Source of the DNA: Verrucomicrobiia bacterium
GTDB taxonomy: Bacteria > Verrucomicrobiota > Verrucomicrobiia > Palsa-1439
DNA: 64,000 bases
Reading direction: 5' to 3'
Assembly: GCA_049510215.1 (NCBI GenBank)
Contig: JBEKZD010000002.1
Coordinates: forward strand, 30,167 to 94,166
The notes below the pieces were generated by a model that saw only the letters and a list, made by a program, of their open reading frames with translations, was not told where the DNA came from and did no database searches. Of this stretch, positions 27,621 through 38,123 are shown piece after piece. A program made the translations under genes and the position numbers. How positions within the stretch are numbered: position 1 is the first letter of the stretch; each line of letters starts with the position of its first letter.

Positions 27621-28082
27621 ATGCGAACCAAAGCCATCGTCGTCCCTTTGCTGACCGGTCTCGCCGTCGCTCTCGCCGCGTATGCGCAATAGTTGAAGAG
27701 CGCGGACGGGACCTTCAATTTCTCCACTTCCAAGACGACCAGCTACAAAACCTGGTCAGGCGATATCGTCCAGACCATGAATATGTTTGGCAGCGAGGTC
27801 ACCACGAAAGGATCGATTACGCGGAAGCAACCGCGCAAGATGCGAATGCAGATGGACATGCCGATGATCGGGGCAGGCGCTGCCGGTGGACGTCCGTCTC
27901 AACCTGCAATTCCGCCGCCGCCCCCAATACCTCCCCGCCAATGTCCAACCCAGCGGCTGACAACCTTCGGGTCACATTGTCGCAAGGTTGTAGCATCCAG
28001 AATTCATTTGATCTCGGAGAGGTTTCTGGCATGTTGTCACCTGTTGGGGGTGACCTCGGGTAATCTATCAACTGTGGAGTGA
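27621..28082 (+). pseudogene. Decayed secreted/lipoprotein-like gene with in-frame TAG after the signal peptide
   Basis: ATG at 27621 gives MRTKAIVVPLLTGLAVALAAYAQ, then TAG at 27690. The same frame continues LKSADGTFNFSTSKTTSYKTW...MRMQMDMPM and then turns into Pro/Arg-rich low-complexity text. Confidence 0.35.
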
Positions 28083-28088
28083 TGCTCC

Positions 28089-29162
28089 ATGCAATCGCAC
28101 CTTAAACCGAACGAAAAGCAAGTTATAACAAGAGAAGAGATTGACCGGTGGCCAGTGGCAGGCTCCGGACTCAGTGCCCGCGTCGTGCACTGCCTTGAAA
28201 AGGCTGGCGTGTATACGATTAGGGAATTACGAAAGTGGAACGACAAAAAGCTTCTGAGTCTGCGGAGCTTCGGTTCAACCTCACTCAGGAATGTTCATTG
28301 GTACTTCCACTGGACAAACCGGCTGGAATGCGGCACTGGCAAATCGCCCAACTTCCGGATGCTGCTGGAGGAGTTCCTGAATCGCCAGGAGGTTTTTGTC
28401 GTCGAGCAGCGTTTCGGCCTGACTGACCCGCTTTTCCGGCCGCAAATGAGACGGCGCACCTTGCAGGAAATCGCGGACATGCGCGGCAGGATCACCCGGG
28501 AACGCGTGCGTCAGGTGGAACAAGCGGCGATCGCCACAGTGCGGTCGAAGCTATGCCGTGCCGTTGCTGAGCCGCAGGAGATTTACTGGGCGAATCGAAT
28601 CCAAGCACAAGGCTGCGTTGTGACTTCCGCCGAACTGGCCGGGTGGGTGGACGACCCGATGCTGGGAGGTTATCAGCCATGGGGAGTCCTCCTGTTACTA
28701 AGCGAGGCGCTGACACGGATTCATTTCCGCTACGATTATTTTTCCGCCTTGCCGCCGCAGGCTCTGAATCAGGTCGAGAAGCGGATTCTGCAACTGCTAC
28801 AGGAAGCCCGCGAACCTCTGCCTTTCGAGGAAATCCTCGCAACAGTTTCCGACCAGCTCGGTTTTCTCGACGGCCAGCGACCGCGGTTGGTGACCGTGCT
28901 GCTCGATCATCATCCCGAGATTTGCGGAACGGTCGATCGTCGTTACTTCCTACCCGCGGTCGGCGCGCCGCTGGTCATCGCGGACATCATGCGCAGCCGT
29001 TCCGAGCCGCTGCATTTCCATGAACTGACCCGGCTCTACAATGAGCGGATGCAACCGCACAGCCACAAGGGCACGGGCTACATTCTTCGCGTTCTGAAAC
29101 GGATGGACAACGCGCAGCGCGTGTCTCGAGCGGTGTATCAGCTCAAGACCGCGTGCCGCTGA
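28089..29162 (+). CDS. DNA-binding protein combining an RNA polymerase alpha-CTD-like HhH domain, a sigma-70 region-4 HTH and two winged-helix (HARE-HTH-like) modules
   Basis: LSARVVHCLEKAGVYTIRELRKWNDKKLLSLRSFGSTSLRNV (alpha-CTD pattern). RTLQEIADMRGRITRERVRQVEQAAIATVRSKL (sigma region 4). PLPFEEILATV...RRYFL and PLHFHELTRLYN...RVSRAVYQLK (wHTH). Confidence 0.6.
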   Translation: MQSHLKPNEKQVITREEIDRWPVAGSGLSARVVHCLEKAGVYTIRELRKWNDKKLLSLRSFGSTSLRNVHWYFHWTNRLECGTGKSPNFRMLLEEFLNRQEVFVVEQRFGLTDPLFRPQMRRRTLQEIADMRGRITRERVRQVEQAAIATVRSKLCRAVAEPQEIYWANRIQAQGCVVTSAELAGWVDDPMLGGYQPWGVLLLLSEALTRIHFRYDYFSALPPQALNQVEKRILQLLQEAREPLPFEEILATVSDQLGFLDGQRPRLVTVLLDHHPEICGTVDRRYFLPAVGAPLVIADIMRSRSEPLHFHELTRLYNERMQPHSHKGTGYILRVLKRMDNAQRVSRAVYQLKTACR

Positions 29163-29221
29163 AGCGCCTGGGCGGAATATTTTTCTGGCCTCGCACCGCT
29201 TCGTCTGCCTACTCTCGTGCC

Positions 29222-30298
29222 GTGCGAATCCTGGATAGATATCTCTTGCGCGAGTTCGCGTTGCCGTTGCTGTATTGCTTTGACGCGTTCCTGATGCTCT
29301 GGATCGTGCAGGATCTGCTAGGCAATCTTTCTGACTTCATCCAGTTTCACGCGCGGCTGGGACAGATTCTCCATTACTACTTGATCGTCTTGCCCGAAGC
29401 GTTCGTGCTCATCATTCCCATGTCCCTGTTGCTGGCTGTGCTGTTCTGCCTGGCCACTCTGGGGAAACACAATGAACTGATCGCCCTCCGCGCAAGCGGC
29501 ATCAGCGTACTCAGGCTGGCCATGCCGTTGCTGGCCATGGGCGTGTTGGCCTCACTGCTGGTCTTCGGCGTCAACGAAGCGTTCGTGCCCAAATCGCAGG
29601 AGCGCGCCGACGCGTTCATGAACGAGCTTCGGGGCAAAGGCGAGAGAAATGTCCTCGAGAACTTTTTTTTCTCCAACTCTGTCGAACATCGCGACTGGTA
29701 CGCCCGCCGCTTCAACACGCGTATTGGTGTGCTGGAAAACGTCGAAATTCACGAGCAAAGACCTGACGGCACGCCCCAACTGGACATCTTCGCGGAGCGA
29801 GCCCGATGGACAAGCGGCGCATGGGCTTTCTACCAGGTCGACATTTATGATTACAGACAGACGCTGGCTTCTGTCGCCCACGTCGCCGAGACCAATTTTC
29901 CCGCAATCAAAGACGCGCCCGATCGATTGGCACTGGAAGGCAGAAGACCCGACGAGTTGAGTTCCAGCGAGTTGCGCCGCTACATCCGCGCCTTGAAACG
30001 CTCGGGGCGCACCGCGCGCATCGCGCAGTACCAGGTGACGCTCCACTATCGCTACGCCTTTCCGCTGACTTGTTTCATCGTCATCTGGCTGGGCATTCCG
30101 TTGGGCATGCGCGTCAGCCGCAGCGGACCGATGCTCAGCGTCGGCATCGCGCTGCTGCTGGTGGTGACGTTTTATTTCATGACCAGCATCACGCTGGCGA
30201 TGGGCAGAGGCGACCGCATCCCGCCCGCGCTGGCGGCGTGGCTGACCAACGCGATCTTCGCGGCGGTGGGCGCGGTGCTATTCGTGCGCGTCCGTTGA
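29222..30298 (+). CDS. LptF/LptG family LPS export permease
   Basis: VRILDRYLLREFALPLLYCFDAFLMLWIVQDLLGNLSDF, 6 TM plus a periplasmic loop. GTG at 29222 is preferred. Confidence 0.8.
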   Translation: MRILDRYLLREFALPLLYCFDAFLMLWIVQDLLGNLSDFIQFHARLGQILHYYLIVLPEAFVLIIPMSLLLAVLFCLATLGKHNELIALRASGISVLRLAMPLLAMGVLASLLVFGVNEAFVPKSQERADAFMNELRGKGERNVLENFFFSNSVEHRDWYARRFNTRIGVLENVEIHEQRPDGTPQLDIFAERARWTSGAWAFYQVDIYDYRQTLASVAHVAETNFPAIKDAPDRLALEGRRPDELSSSELRRYIRALKRSGRTARIAQYQVTLHYRYAFPLTCFIVIWLGIPLGMRVSRSGPMLSVGIALLLVVTFYFMTSITLAMGRGDRIPPALAAWLTNAIFAAVGAVLFVRVR

Positions 30299-30691
30299 CC
30301 GCCCAACAATCACGGCGTGCGCGGCAGCGTATTCCCTGCAATGGGACAAGCTGACGAACATTTCCACGACGCCGCGTGCGCGGGCCAATTCTTCGCCCTT
30401 GCTGTGCAACACGGCATACGGTTCGCCGCTTTTCCGCTTGCGAATCTCCGTGTCTTTCCAGCCTAACTGCTTGCCGATCCCTGTGCCGAATGCCTTTGAG
30501 ATCGCTTCCTTCGCCGCAAAACGCGCTGCGAAATGCAGGGCGGGGAATTTCATGCTCTGGCAGTAAGCAACCTCGTCGGGCCAGAAGCAGCGGTTCAAGA
30601 ACCGCTCGCCAAATTTGTCCAGTGCGTCCTGAATCCGCGCAGTTTCAACAATGTCAATGCCAGTTCCGAGGATGCGAAGAGCAGTGCTCAT
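30278..30691 (-). CDS. acpS: Holo-[acyl-carrier-protein] synthase
   Basis: GTGIDIVETARI, FAAKEAISKAFGTG and SLSHCREYA. Confidence 0.9.
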   Translation of the reverse strand: MSTALRILGTGIDIVETARIQDALDKFGERFLNRCFWPDEVAYCQSMKFPALHFAARFAAKEAISKAFGTGIGKQLGWKDTEIRKRKSGEPYAVLHSKGEELARARGVVEMFVSLSHCREYAAAHAVIVGRSTDAHE

Positions 30692-30766
30692 AAAGGATGC
30701 GTGATGAGGGATGAGGGATGAAGGAACGGCCAGAAAGCCGCGACAAGGTCGATCATCCTTCCGCCT

Positions 30767-31549
30767 TCATTTTTTATAGGGCACCATCACGGCCAGCATC
30801 TCACGGACGGCTTGCCGTAAACCGACAAACACCGCCCGCGAGATGATCGAATGGCCCGTATTGAGCGTTTCAAGATGCGGCACAACAAGGATGCCAGGTG
30901 TGTTCTGGTAGTTTAGGCCGTGGCCCGCGTTAACATGCAAGCCGAGATCGTGTGCCAACTGCGCTGCAGCGATTAGCTTCTTAAGTTCCGCCGCGGTGTG
31001 GCCTTCGCTCCGGCTGTGGGCGTAGGCGCCCGTGTGAAGCTCGACGAAATTACCACCGGCATCGGCTGCCGCGCGCACCTGCTTCGGATCGGGGTCGACG
31101 AAAAGGCTGACAACGATCCCCGCTTTTTTCAATCGGGCGATGGTGCGCGACAATGATTTGGGGGCACGCGCAACATTGAGGCCTCCCTCAGTCGTCACCT
31201 CCTGCCGGTTCTCCGGCACGATACAGACTTCATCAGGCCGGACTTCTTCGGCAACCGCGACGATCTCCGGCACGTCAGCCATCTCCAAGTTCAACCGCGT
31301 GCGAATGATCTGGCGCACCATCCGCACGTCGCGCTCCTGAATATGCCGACGATCCTCCCGCAAATGCATGGTGATCCCGTGCGCGCCCGCCAGTTCCACC
31401 TCGACGGCGGCCCAGACGGGGTCCGGTTCGGGAATTGGACCAGAAGCTTCGAGCGAAGCCGGGTGCGTGGCCGTTTTGTAGCGCACCTGCCTCAGTGTGG
31501 CCACATGGTCAATATTGACTCCAAGCTTGATCACGCGGGCAGGGTACAC
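30767..31549 (-). CDS. pdxJ: Pyridoxine 5'-phosphate synthase
   Basis: [26 protein letters not shown] and NAGHGLNY. Confidence 0.9.
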   Translation of the reverse strand: MYPARVIKLGVNIDHVATLRQVRYKTATHPASLEASGPIPEPDPVWAAVEVELAGAHGITMHLREDRRHIQERDVRMVRQIIRTRLNLEMADVPEIVAVAEEVRPDEVCIVPENRQEVTTEGGLNVARAPKSLSRTIARLKKAGIVVSLFVDPDPKQVRAAADAGGNFVELHTGAYAHSRSEGHTAAELKKLIAAAQLAHDLGLHVNAGHGLNYQNTPGILVVPHLETLNTGHSIISRAVFVGLRQAVREMLAVMVPYKK

Positions 31550-31603
31550 ATTTCTTCCCCTGGCCGCAATCTCAACCGGTCACCAAGGGTTGGGCCTCGG
31601 GAG

Positions 31604-31849
31604 TTAGTTCAGGCCGTTGGCGCTTGAAGAATTGCTGATCTCTTGGCGCAACGCGTCTCGGATGGCGCGTTCCCATCGATGCCGTTTCCACTCGGGGAAA
31701 TACTTCTGCATCCATTCCCGAGCTGCGCGGTCCCACCCGATGTCTTGACCAACCTTCTCGCTTTCGATCCACTTATATTTTCCAATCTCCTCCTGCTGGG
31801 ATCGAACAATTTCAGCCAGAGGATCTGATTTTCGTGTCCTTTCAGTCAT
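31604..31849 (-). CDS. Small conserved-looking hypothetical protein (81 aa)
   Basis: EEIGKYKWIESEKVGQDIGWDRAAREWMQKYFPEW. I cannot name the family. Confidence 0.45.
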   Translation of the reverse strand: MTERTRKSDPLAEIVRSQQEEIGKYKWIESEKVGQDIGWDRAAREWMQKYFPEWKRHRWERAIRDALRQEISNSSSANGLN

Positions 31850-32021
31850 TTCTGTCCCCCTCCTTCAGGGGCGGAACATGCCAAGATAATAACTCAAAAA
31901 AGTGCAAAATCAAGTTGGTGAAGGAAACATTCTTGTGTCGTTGCACGAGCTTGGCCGCCAATTGCTTGCGCAGGGTGTTTCCAACTTGCGGCCCGCAGGA
32001 TTGTCCCGTATCGTGTGCCGC

Positions 32022-34793
32022 ATGACGCAGCCGCGCTACTTGGAGAAAGTCCGCAGGCACGCCGCCGAGCGGCTCGTTTTGAAGTCCGGATCGAAACCCT
32101 CCGAGATCCTCAATCTCTACAAGAAATTCCTCAAGGTCGAGGAACACAGGCTGCGGATGGCGCATCGCGCAGGCGCTGATGGCCGCGAAATCGCTTCGGG
32201 ACGCGCCCAGGTCATGGACATCGTTCTGCGGCACATCTTCGAGGCGGCTGCCGAGCATTTCCACCAGAATCATTCTGCCGAGACAGTGCCAATGTCTCTG
32301 GTAGCGATTGGCGGGTACGGCCGCGGCGAATTGAGTCCATATTCGGACATCGACATCATGTTTCTGCACAACACGAGCCGACGCGGTCCGAAGCAGCATC
32401 CGTACATCGAGGCGACTGTCCGGCGAGTGCTTTACATGCTGTGGGACATCAATCTGAAAGTCGGCCACTCGACCCGCTCCATCAGCGACGCGGTCACACA
32501 AGCAAACAAGGATATGCATTCCAAGACTTCGCTGATCGAATCCCGGCTGCTGGTTGGCGACAAGCAACTCTACGAAACCTTTCGCAAGGCGCTCGTCAAA
32601 GAGTGCGTGCGCGGACACGAAGACGAATACATCGCCGCCCGAATGGAGGACCAAAAGGCGCGTCACGAAAAGTTTGGCGACACGATTTACCTGCAAGAGC
32701 CCAACGTCAAGAGCGGTTGCGGCGGACTGCGTGACCTTCAAAATCTGATCTGGATGGCGTTTTTCAAGTATGACACGCTGAAATTGTCGGACTTGCGCAA
32801 ACAAGGCTTCCTCGAGGCGTCGGAGCAACGTCAGCTCGAACTGGCTTACGATTTCATTTTGCGCGTACGCAATTCCATGCACTACATGACCAATCGCGCC
32901 TGCGACGTCATCGGCATTGGGTTGCAGCCGCAGATCGCCACGGAGTTTGGTTGCCGACATCACGACTTGCTTCGGCGCATCGAGGCGTTCATGCGCGATT
33001 ACTACACCCACTCGCGGAACATCTTTTTGCTGGCCAATGCGCTGGCGGAGCGCATGGCGCTGAAACCACCGAAGATCTCGCGCTTGGTTGCCTTGTTTGG
33101 CCGCCGCGGGCACAAAGAGGAGACGCTTGACGGCTTCGTTTTCCGCGACGGATTGATCTCAGCGGTTACACCCACAGTGTTGAAGGAAGATCCGCAGCGA
33201 TTGCTCCGTGTGTTCTTGTATGCCCAGCAGCGCGGAGCGGAATTGAGTCCCGAACTGCGCAGCGTGATCCGCCAGAACCTGCGGCTCTTTGATCGCTCGT
33301 TTCAATTGTCGCCGCAGACGCGGGACACGTTCCTGGCAATACTGCAGCGGAAAGGCCAGGTCGCCCGCATTCTGCGGTTGATGCACGAAGTGGAGTTTCT
33401 CGGCAAACTGATTCCCGAGTTTGGCCGTTTGACTTGTCTGGTCCAACACGAGTTCTACCATCGCTACACGGCGGACGAACACACGTTGCAGGTGATTGAG
33501 CATCTGGATCGCATCATTGACGCCACCGAGCCGCCGCACGCCAGCTACAAGAAGATTTTCCAGCAATTGGAGCGTCCACACGTCCTTTATCTCGCCGTGC
33601 TGCTGCACGATGCCGGCAAAGCCGCCAATGTGGAGCATCACGCCGAGGCAAGCAGCGAGTTGGCGCGCAAAGTGGCGCAACGGCTGCGCTTGAGCGCCGA
33701 CGAAACGGCGCAATTGCTGTTCCTCGTCCGCGACCACCTCAAGCTCAGCATGCTGTCCCAGCGCCGCGACATCGACGATGATGCCACCATCGAGGCCGCG
33801 GCGCGCATCACGAAAAACGAGGCGTATCTCGACAGCCTGCTCCTGCTGACGTTTGCCGACGCGGCAGGCACGAGCATTAAGGTGTGGACCGAATGGAAAG
33901 AAGCGTTGCTGTGGGAACTTTATCGTCGCACCAGGCAATTGCTGGCGGGCCAGGAGCGCGCCAAGGATATTCTCTCGCGCCGCACCGAGCGACTTTACAC
34001 GGAAGTCAGTGCGAAGCTGAAGGGGCAACTGGCACTGGAGGAAATCTACTCCCACTTCGAACTGATGCCCGCCAGCTACTACGTCAGTACCGGCGCCAGG
34101 GAGATTTCGCGCCACCTCCTGCTCATCCATCGTTTTCTCATGCGCCAGTTGGAGGTCGAAGCGCCCGCGGACGCGCTTGTCCCCGTCGTCGAGTGGCAAC
34201 CATTCCCAGCGCAAGGTTACTCGCAGGTCTCTATCTGCACCTGGGATCGGCTGGGATTGTTTTCCAAGATCTGCGGATCGCTGGCTGAACTGAACATCCT
34301 CAGCGCGCACATCTACACCCGCAGCGACCACGTGGTTCTGGACACCTTCGAGGTGTGCGACAGACATTTTGCTGCCGTCACCGATCCGCGCACGATCCAG
34401 ACCGCCGAATCGATGTTGCAGCGCACGTTAACCGACACGGAGGAGATCGATTTTACCCAGTTCCTGGCCAGGATGCGTGCCTCTCGCGGGAAAGTGCCCC
34501 GAATCCGCGAGGTCAGCATCCCCACGCTCATTGAATTCGATAACGACATCAGCAAGACACGCACAATCATTGAAATCCAGACCGAAGATCGTCCCGGCTT
34601 GCTCTACACAATCACCAAAACCATGAGCGACCTCGGTTTGGACATCAGCTTCGCCAAGATTGCGACCGAAAAGGGCGCGGCCATCGACTCGTTCTACGTT
34701 CAGGACCAGCTCGGCAACAAGATTACCGATCCCGACCGTCTGGCGAGCATCGAGGACCGGTTACAATCAGCCATCAACCTTCTCGCAAGTTGA
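32022..34793 (+). CDS. glnD: [Protein-PII] uridylyltransferase/uridylyl-removing enzyme
   Basis: Nucleotidyltransferase block VAIGGYGRGELSPYSDIDIMFL, HD block YTADEHTLQV...LLHDAGK, and two C-terminal ACT-like segments. ATG at 32022 is preferred. Confidence 0.9.
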   Translation: MTQPRYLEKVRRHAAERLVLKSGSKPSEILNLYKKFLKVEEHRLRMAHRAGADGREIASGRAQVMDIVLRHIFEAAAEHFHQNHSAETVPMSLVAIGGYGRGELSPYSDIDIMFLHNTSRRGPKQHPYIEATVRRVLYMLWDINLKVGHSTRSISDAVTQANKDMHSKTSLIESRLLVGDKQLYETFRKALVKECVRGHEDEYIAARMEDQKARHEKFGDTIYLQEPNVKSGCGGLRDLQNLIWMAFFKYDTLKLSDLRKQGFLEASEQRQLELAYDFILRVRNSMHYMTNRACDVIGIGLQPQIATEFGCRHHDLLRRIEAFMRDYYTHSRNIFLLANALAERMALKPPKISRLVALFGRRGHKEETLDGFVFRDGLISAVTPTVLKEDPQRLLRVFLYAQQRGAELSPELRSVIRQNLRLFDRSFQLSPQTRDTFLAILQRKGQVARILRLMHEVEFLGKLIPEFGRLTCLVQHEFYHRYTADEHTLQVIEHLDRIIDATEPPHASYKKIFQQLERPHVLYLAVLLHDAGKAANVEHHAEASSELARKVAQRLRLSADETAQLLFLVRDHLKLSMLSQRRDIDDDATIEAAARITKNEAYLDSLLLLTFADAAGTSIKVWTEWKEALLWELYRRTRQLLAGQERAKDILSRRTERLYTEVSAKLKGQLALEEIYSHFELMPASYYVSTGAREISRHLLLIHRFLMRQLEVEAPADALVPVVEWQPFPAQGYSQVSICTWDRLGLFSKICGSLAELNILSAHIYTRSDHVVLDTFEVCDRHFAAVTDPRTIQTAESMLQRTLTDTEEIDFTQFLARMRASRGKVPRIREVSIPTLIEFDNDISKTRTIIEIQTEDRPGLLYTITKTMSDLGLDISFAKIATEKGAAIDSFYVQDQLGNKITDPDRLASIEDRLQSAINLLAS

Positions 34794-34953
34794 CCATGTT
34801 TCGCCCGAAACACAGGCGCGTGTGTCCGGCCGATTTCCCGTAGCGATGTCTCTCTCAGGCGGAACCGGCCCATCGTATCCATTCTTGACCGATTGCACCT
34901 GATTGTCGAAGCTGTTACGGAATTGGGAACACAATCAACACAGGAGGCTGGCA

Positions 34954-35550
34954 ATGAAACTTATCAGACAGGCAATCGTCGCGTTAGGAATGATTCTATC
35001 CGTGGGTTCTTCTATTGCGGCGGACACTTATCAGGTTGATCCTGCCCACACGACGGTCGGATTCTCCATTGCCCATCTGGTGATCAACACCGTGCACGGA
35101 CGATTCAAGGATCTCACCGGCACGGTTGTGATCGATCCGGACAAGAGCAACGCCGTTGTCGAAGCAAAGTCGACCATCCAAGTCAAGAGCATCGACACCG
35201 GCGTCACCCAGCGCGACAATCACTTGAGTAGCGCGGACTTCTTTGACGTCGAGAAATTCCCGACAATCAAGTTTGCCAGCAAGCGCGTCGAAAATCAGGC
35301 CGGCCAGCAAACGATTGTCGGCGATTTCACGATGCACGGCGTGACGAAGGAATTGGCGTTGTCGATCAAGGTGAAAGGGCCGATCAAGGATCCGATGAGC
35401 GGCAAACCGCGCATCGGCATCGAAGCCAGGGGATCGCTCAACCGCAAGGATTACGGCCTCACGTGGAATCGCGCCATCGAAGCCGGCGGTGTGATGGTGG
35501 GTGAAGAAGTCCAGATCGAAATCAACGCCGAAGCAGTCAAAGCGCAATGA
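34954..35550 (+). CDS. YceI family periplasmic protein
   Basis: AGGAGG RBS. YQVDPAHTTVGFSIAHLVINTVHGRFKDLTG and HGVTKEL. Confidence 0.85.
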   Translation: MKLIRQAIVALGMILSVGSSIAADTYQVDPAHTTVGFSIAHLVINTVHGRFKDLTGTVVIDPDKSNAVVEAKSTIQVKSIDTGVTQRDNHLSSADFFDVEKFPTIKFASKRVENQAGQQTIVGDFTMHGVTKELALSIKVKGPIKDPMSGKPRIGIEARGSLNRKDYGLTWNRAIEAGGVMVGEEVQIEINAEAVKAQ

Positions 35551-35751
35551 TCTGATCGCAGGAGCGGCCACGCAGAGCGTGGTAAACCTCCCGGCGGCGA
35601 GTCAATCGCTCCTATTTGCCGTACTTCTTGTGGGGTTTCTCGCGGACGGTTGCTGCGTCCTGCGCGATCGGAATCTCACGTTTCTCGGCGATCGCCTCGT
35701 TGACAACGGCCAGTTTCCCGTCGTCTTCCGCCCCCAACTGACGGTCCGACT

Positions 35752-36324
35752 TTATTCGAGAATAAATCGCAGCCGCTTGCGGAGAGTCTGCTTGGCGCGG
35801 TACAAGCGGGCCTCAACGGACTTTTCCGAACAGCGCATGACCTGCGCGATCTCGCCGTACGACAGCCCGTTGTACTCCGCGAGAATGAGGGCCGTCTTCT
35901 GGTCTTCCGGCAACGTCGCGACGGCGGCAGCAATGTGTTCGCCGATCTCACGGGTCGAGACCTGCTCGGCTACGCCGGCTTCGGTCGATGCGGCGGAGCG
36001 TTCAACCGGCTCCAACGATTCCGTTGGATGGCGCTTGCGCCAGCGGAAATGATCGATGACGGCGTGCTTGGCCAAAGTGAACAGCCAGGTGGAAAGTTTG
36101 GCGCCGGTCTTCCGCGCCTGAAACGCGCCGATGTGCTGGTAGGCGCTGACAAAAACCTCCTGCGCAATGTCATCGGCCTCGGCGGCGTCGCCGAGCATTC
36201 GATAGACGAAGTTCAGCACAGGCCGCTTGTAGCGCCGCATCAACTCCGCAAATGCGGCTTCATCACCCGCGCGGGCTTGCTCGATCAGCGTTGCCTCTGG
36301 TTGGTCGTCCACTGGCAGCAGCAT
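35752..36324 (-). CDS. ECF (sigma-70 family) RNA polymerase sigma factor
   Basis: Region 2 AEADDIAQEVFVSAYQHIGAF...TWLFTLAKHAVIDHFR. Region 4 LSYGEIAQVMRCSEKSVEARLYRAKQTLRKRL. Confidence 0.85.
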   Translation of the reverse strand: MLLPVDDQPEATLIEQARAGDEAAFAELMRRYKRPVLNFVYRMLGDAAEADDIAQEVFVSAYQHIGAFQARKTGAKLSTWLFTLAKHAVIDHFRWRKRHPTESLEPVERSAASTEAGVAEQVSTREIGEHIAAAVATLPEDQKTALILAEYNGLSYGEIAQVMRCSEKSVEARLYRAKQTLRKRLRFILE

Positions 36325-36380
36325 CGTCGGCGCAGGGCGGATGGTTGTCAAGCTGCGGCTCCCGTGGTAATGGTTGCGGC

Positions 36381-38123
36381 ATGGAACCGCGACCGCGCAT
36401 GGCGACAACTGGTGGGGCGATCTTCCGTGGCCTCGCGTTGCTCATGATGCTTGCGGCAGTCGCGTGCTTCCCGCGAACGGCGTGCGCCGAGGACCAAGTG
36501 CGCGCCGAAGTGTTGCTGTCGGTGGACAAACTCGCACCCGGCACGCCGTTCCGTCTCGCTGTGGTGATCAACGTCGCCGCGCCCTGGCACATCAACGCCA
36601 ACCCCGTGAGCGCAGAAGGTCTCATTCCGACGACGCTAACCGTGCAAGCTCCCGTGTCGGTCGTCATCGACCGAATCGTTTACCCGACCGGCAAGAAGAC
36701 AACCGTTTCCTGGGCCGATCAACCCGTCGCACTCTACACCGGCCGCGCGATCATCCTTGTTGAGGCGCACGTGCGCCCGGATGCCACGCCGACGAAGCTC
36801 ACGCTCGAAGCCAACCTGCGCCACCAAGCCTGCAACGACAAGATCTGTGTCGCGCCCGTCACAATTCCGCTCGCGCTCGAAACCGAAATCGTTGCTCCCG
36901 GCGAGAAGCCGCAGCCGATTCACCCCGAGATTTTCGGTTCTGCTGCCCCGCTTGTGAGCCCAACGTCAGCATCCGCTGCGCAGGAAAACTCCATCGCCCG
37001 CATGATGCGCGAACGCGGCCTGCTGACGACGCTGGTGTTTGTTTTCGTCAGCGGCCTGCTGCTGAACCTCACGCCGTGCGTCTATCCGATGATTGCCATC
37101 ACGGTGAGTTACTTCGGCGGCAAGGGAGAAAAGAAATCGGCCACGGCGTTCGCCGGTGCACTGGCGTATTTCTTCGGGATCGTCATCACCTATTCCGCGC
37201 TTGGTCTCGCTGCGGCCCTGACCGGAGGACTTTTCGGAGCGTTGCTCCAGAATCCAGTCGTGCTGGGTGCGATTGGCCTTTTGCTGGTGGCGATGGCACT
37301 GAGCATGTTCGGGCTGTTCGAACTCCAGCCGCCGCAGTTCCTGATGCAAAGAGCTTCCAATCTCTCGTCGGAAGCCGGCTACCTGGGATTGTTCTTCCTC
37401 GGTGCAACAGTAGGAGTCATTGCGGCTCCCTGTCTCGCGCCGATTGTGGTCGTCGTGCTCGCGTTCGCCGGCTCGAGTGGCAACCCGTGGATCGGCTGGT
37501 GGTTGTTCTTCGCGCTGGGCGCAGGCTTGGGGCTGCCGTACATCGTGCTCGGCACGTTTTCGAGCCTGCTGACGCGGTTGCCGAAATCGGGAATGTGGAT
37601 GGTCTGGGTCAAACGCGTCTTCGGCGTCGCGCTGATCGCCGTGGCGTTGTGGATCACCAACCCGCTGTGGTTGCGCGCCGCGCCGACCAAGAATGGCGGC
37701 ATCGCGTGGCAGCCTTATTCCCCCGCCGCGCTTCAACAGGCCGCCACCTACAAACGTCCCGTGTTGATCGACTTCTACGCCGACTGGTGCATCCCGTGCA
37801 AGGAAATGGACAAGAAGACTTATTCAAACCAGCAGGTGATCGAGAAATCTCGCCAGTTCCTGATGCTCAAGGCGGACCTGACCCACACGGGTTCCTCTGA
37901 AGTCGAACAATTGATCAAGGATTACCAAATCTTCGGCGTGCCGACGACCGTATTCGTCGGCGCAGAAGGCCGGGAACGGGCTGAGTTGCGCAAGGTCGGC
38001 TTCGTCCCACCGCAAGAACTCCTCGACGCAATGGACAAGACGCTTGCGCCGCCGACCGCGTCAACGAATGCTACCACAGCCTCAGTGCCGGGCCTTCCTC
38101 CACAACTCCTCCATCCGTTTTAG
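36381..38123 (+). CDS. dsbD: DsbD/ScsB-like thiol:disulfide interchange protein (N-terminal periplasmic domain, CcdA-type membrane core, C-terminal thioredoxin)
   Basis: [29 protein letters not shown] and [14 protein letters not shown]. Confidence 0.8.
   Translation: MEPRPRMATTGGAIFRGLALLMMLAAVACFPRTACAEDQVRAEVLLSVDKLAPGTPFRLAVVINVAAPWHINANPVSAEGLIPTTLTVQAPVSVVIDRIVYPTGKKTTVSWADQPVALYTGRAIILVEAHVRPDATPTKLTLEANLRHQACNDKICVAPVTIPLALETEIVAPGEKPQPIHPEIFGSAAPLVSPTSASAAQENSIARMMRERGLLTTLVFVFVSGLLLNLTPCVYPMIAITVSYFGGKGEKKSATAFAGALAYFFGIVITYSALGLAAALTGGLFGALLQNPVVLGAIGLLLVAMALSMFGLFELQPPQFLMQRASNLSSEAGYLGLFFLGATVGVIAAPCLAPIVVVVLAFAGSSGNPWIGWWLFFALGAGLGLPYIVLGTFSSLLTRLPKSGMWMVWVKRVFGVALIAVALWITNPLWLRAAPTKNGGIAWQPYSPAALQQAATYKRPVLIDFYADWCIPCKEMDKKTYSNQQVIEKSRQFLMLKADLTHTGSSEVEQLIKDYQIFGVPTTVFVGAEGRERAELRKVGFVPPQELLDAMDKTLAPPTASTNATTASVPGLPPQLLHPF

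Noticed and set aside
27690-27692. In-frame TAG as programmed recoding (pyrrolysine or read-through).
   Set aside because: No pyl genes or recoding signals are visible, and the distal part of the frame degenerates into low-complexity sequence. A pseudogene or a sequencing error is the simpler reading.
30278-30298. 21-nt overlap of the convergent lptF/G and acpS 3' ends.
   Set aside because: Convergent terminal overlaps are common in compact genomes, and nothing suggests antisense regulation beyond that.
35602-35727. Small minus-strand ORF right after the ECF sigma gene (possible TTG start; ...GAEDDGKLAVVNEAIAEKREIPIAQDAATVREKPHKKYGK) as a candidate anti-sigma factor.
   Set aside because: It has no ATG, no TM helix and no zinc-binding HxxxCxxC motif, and it is very short. 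Evidence is insufficient to call a gene.
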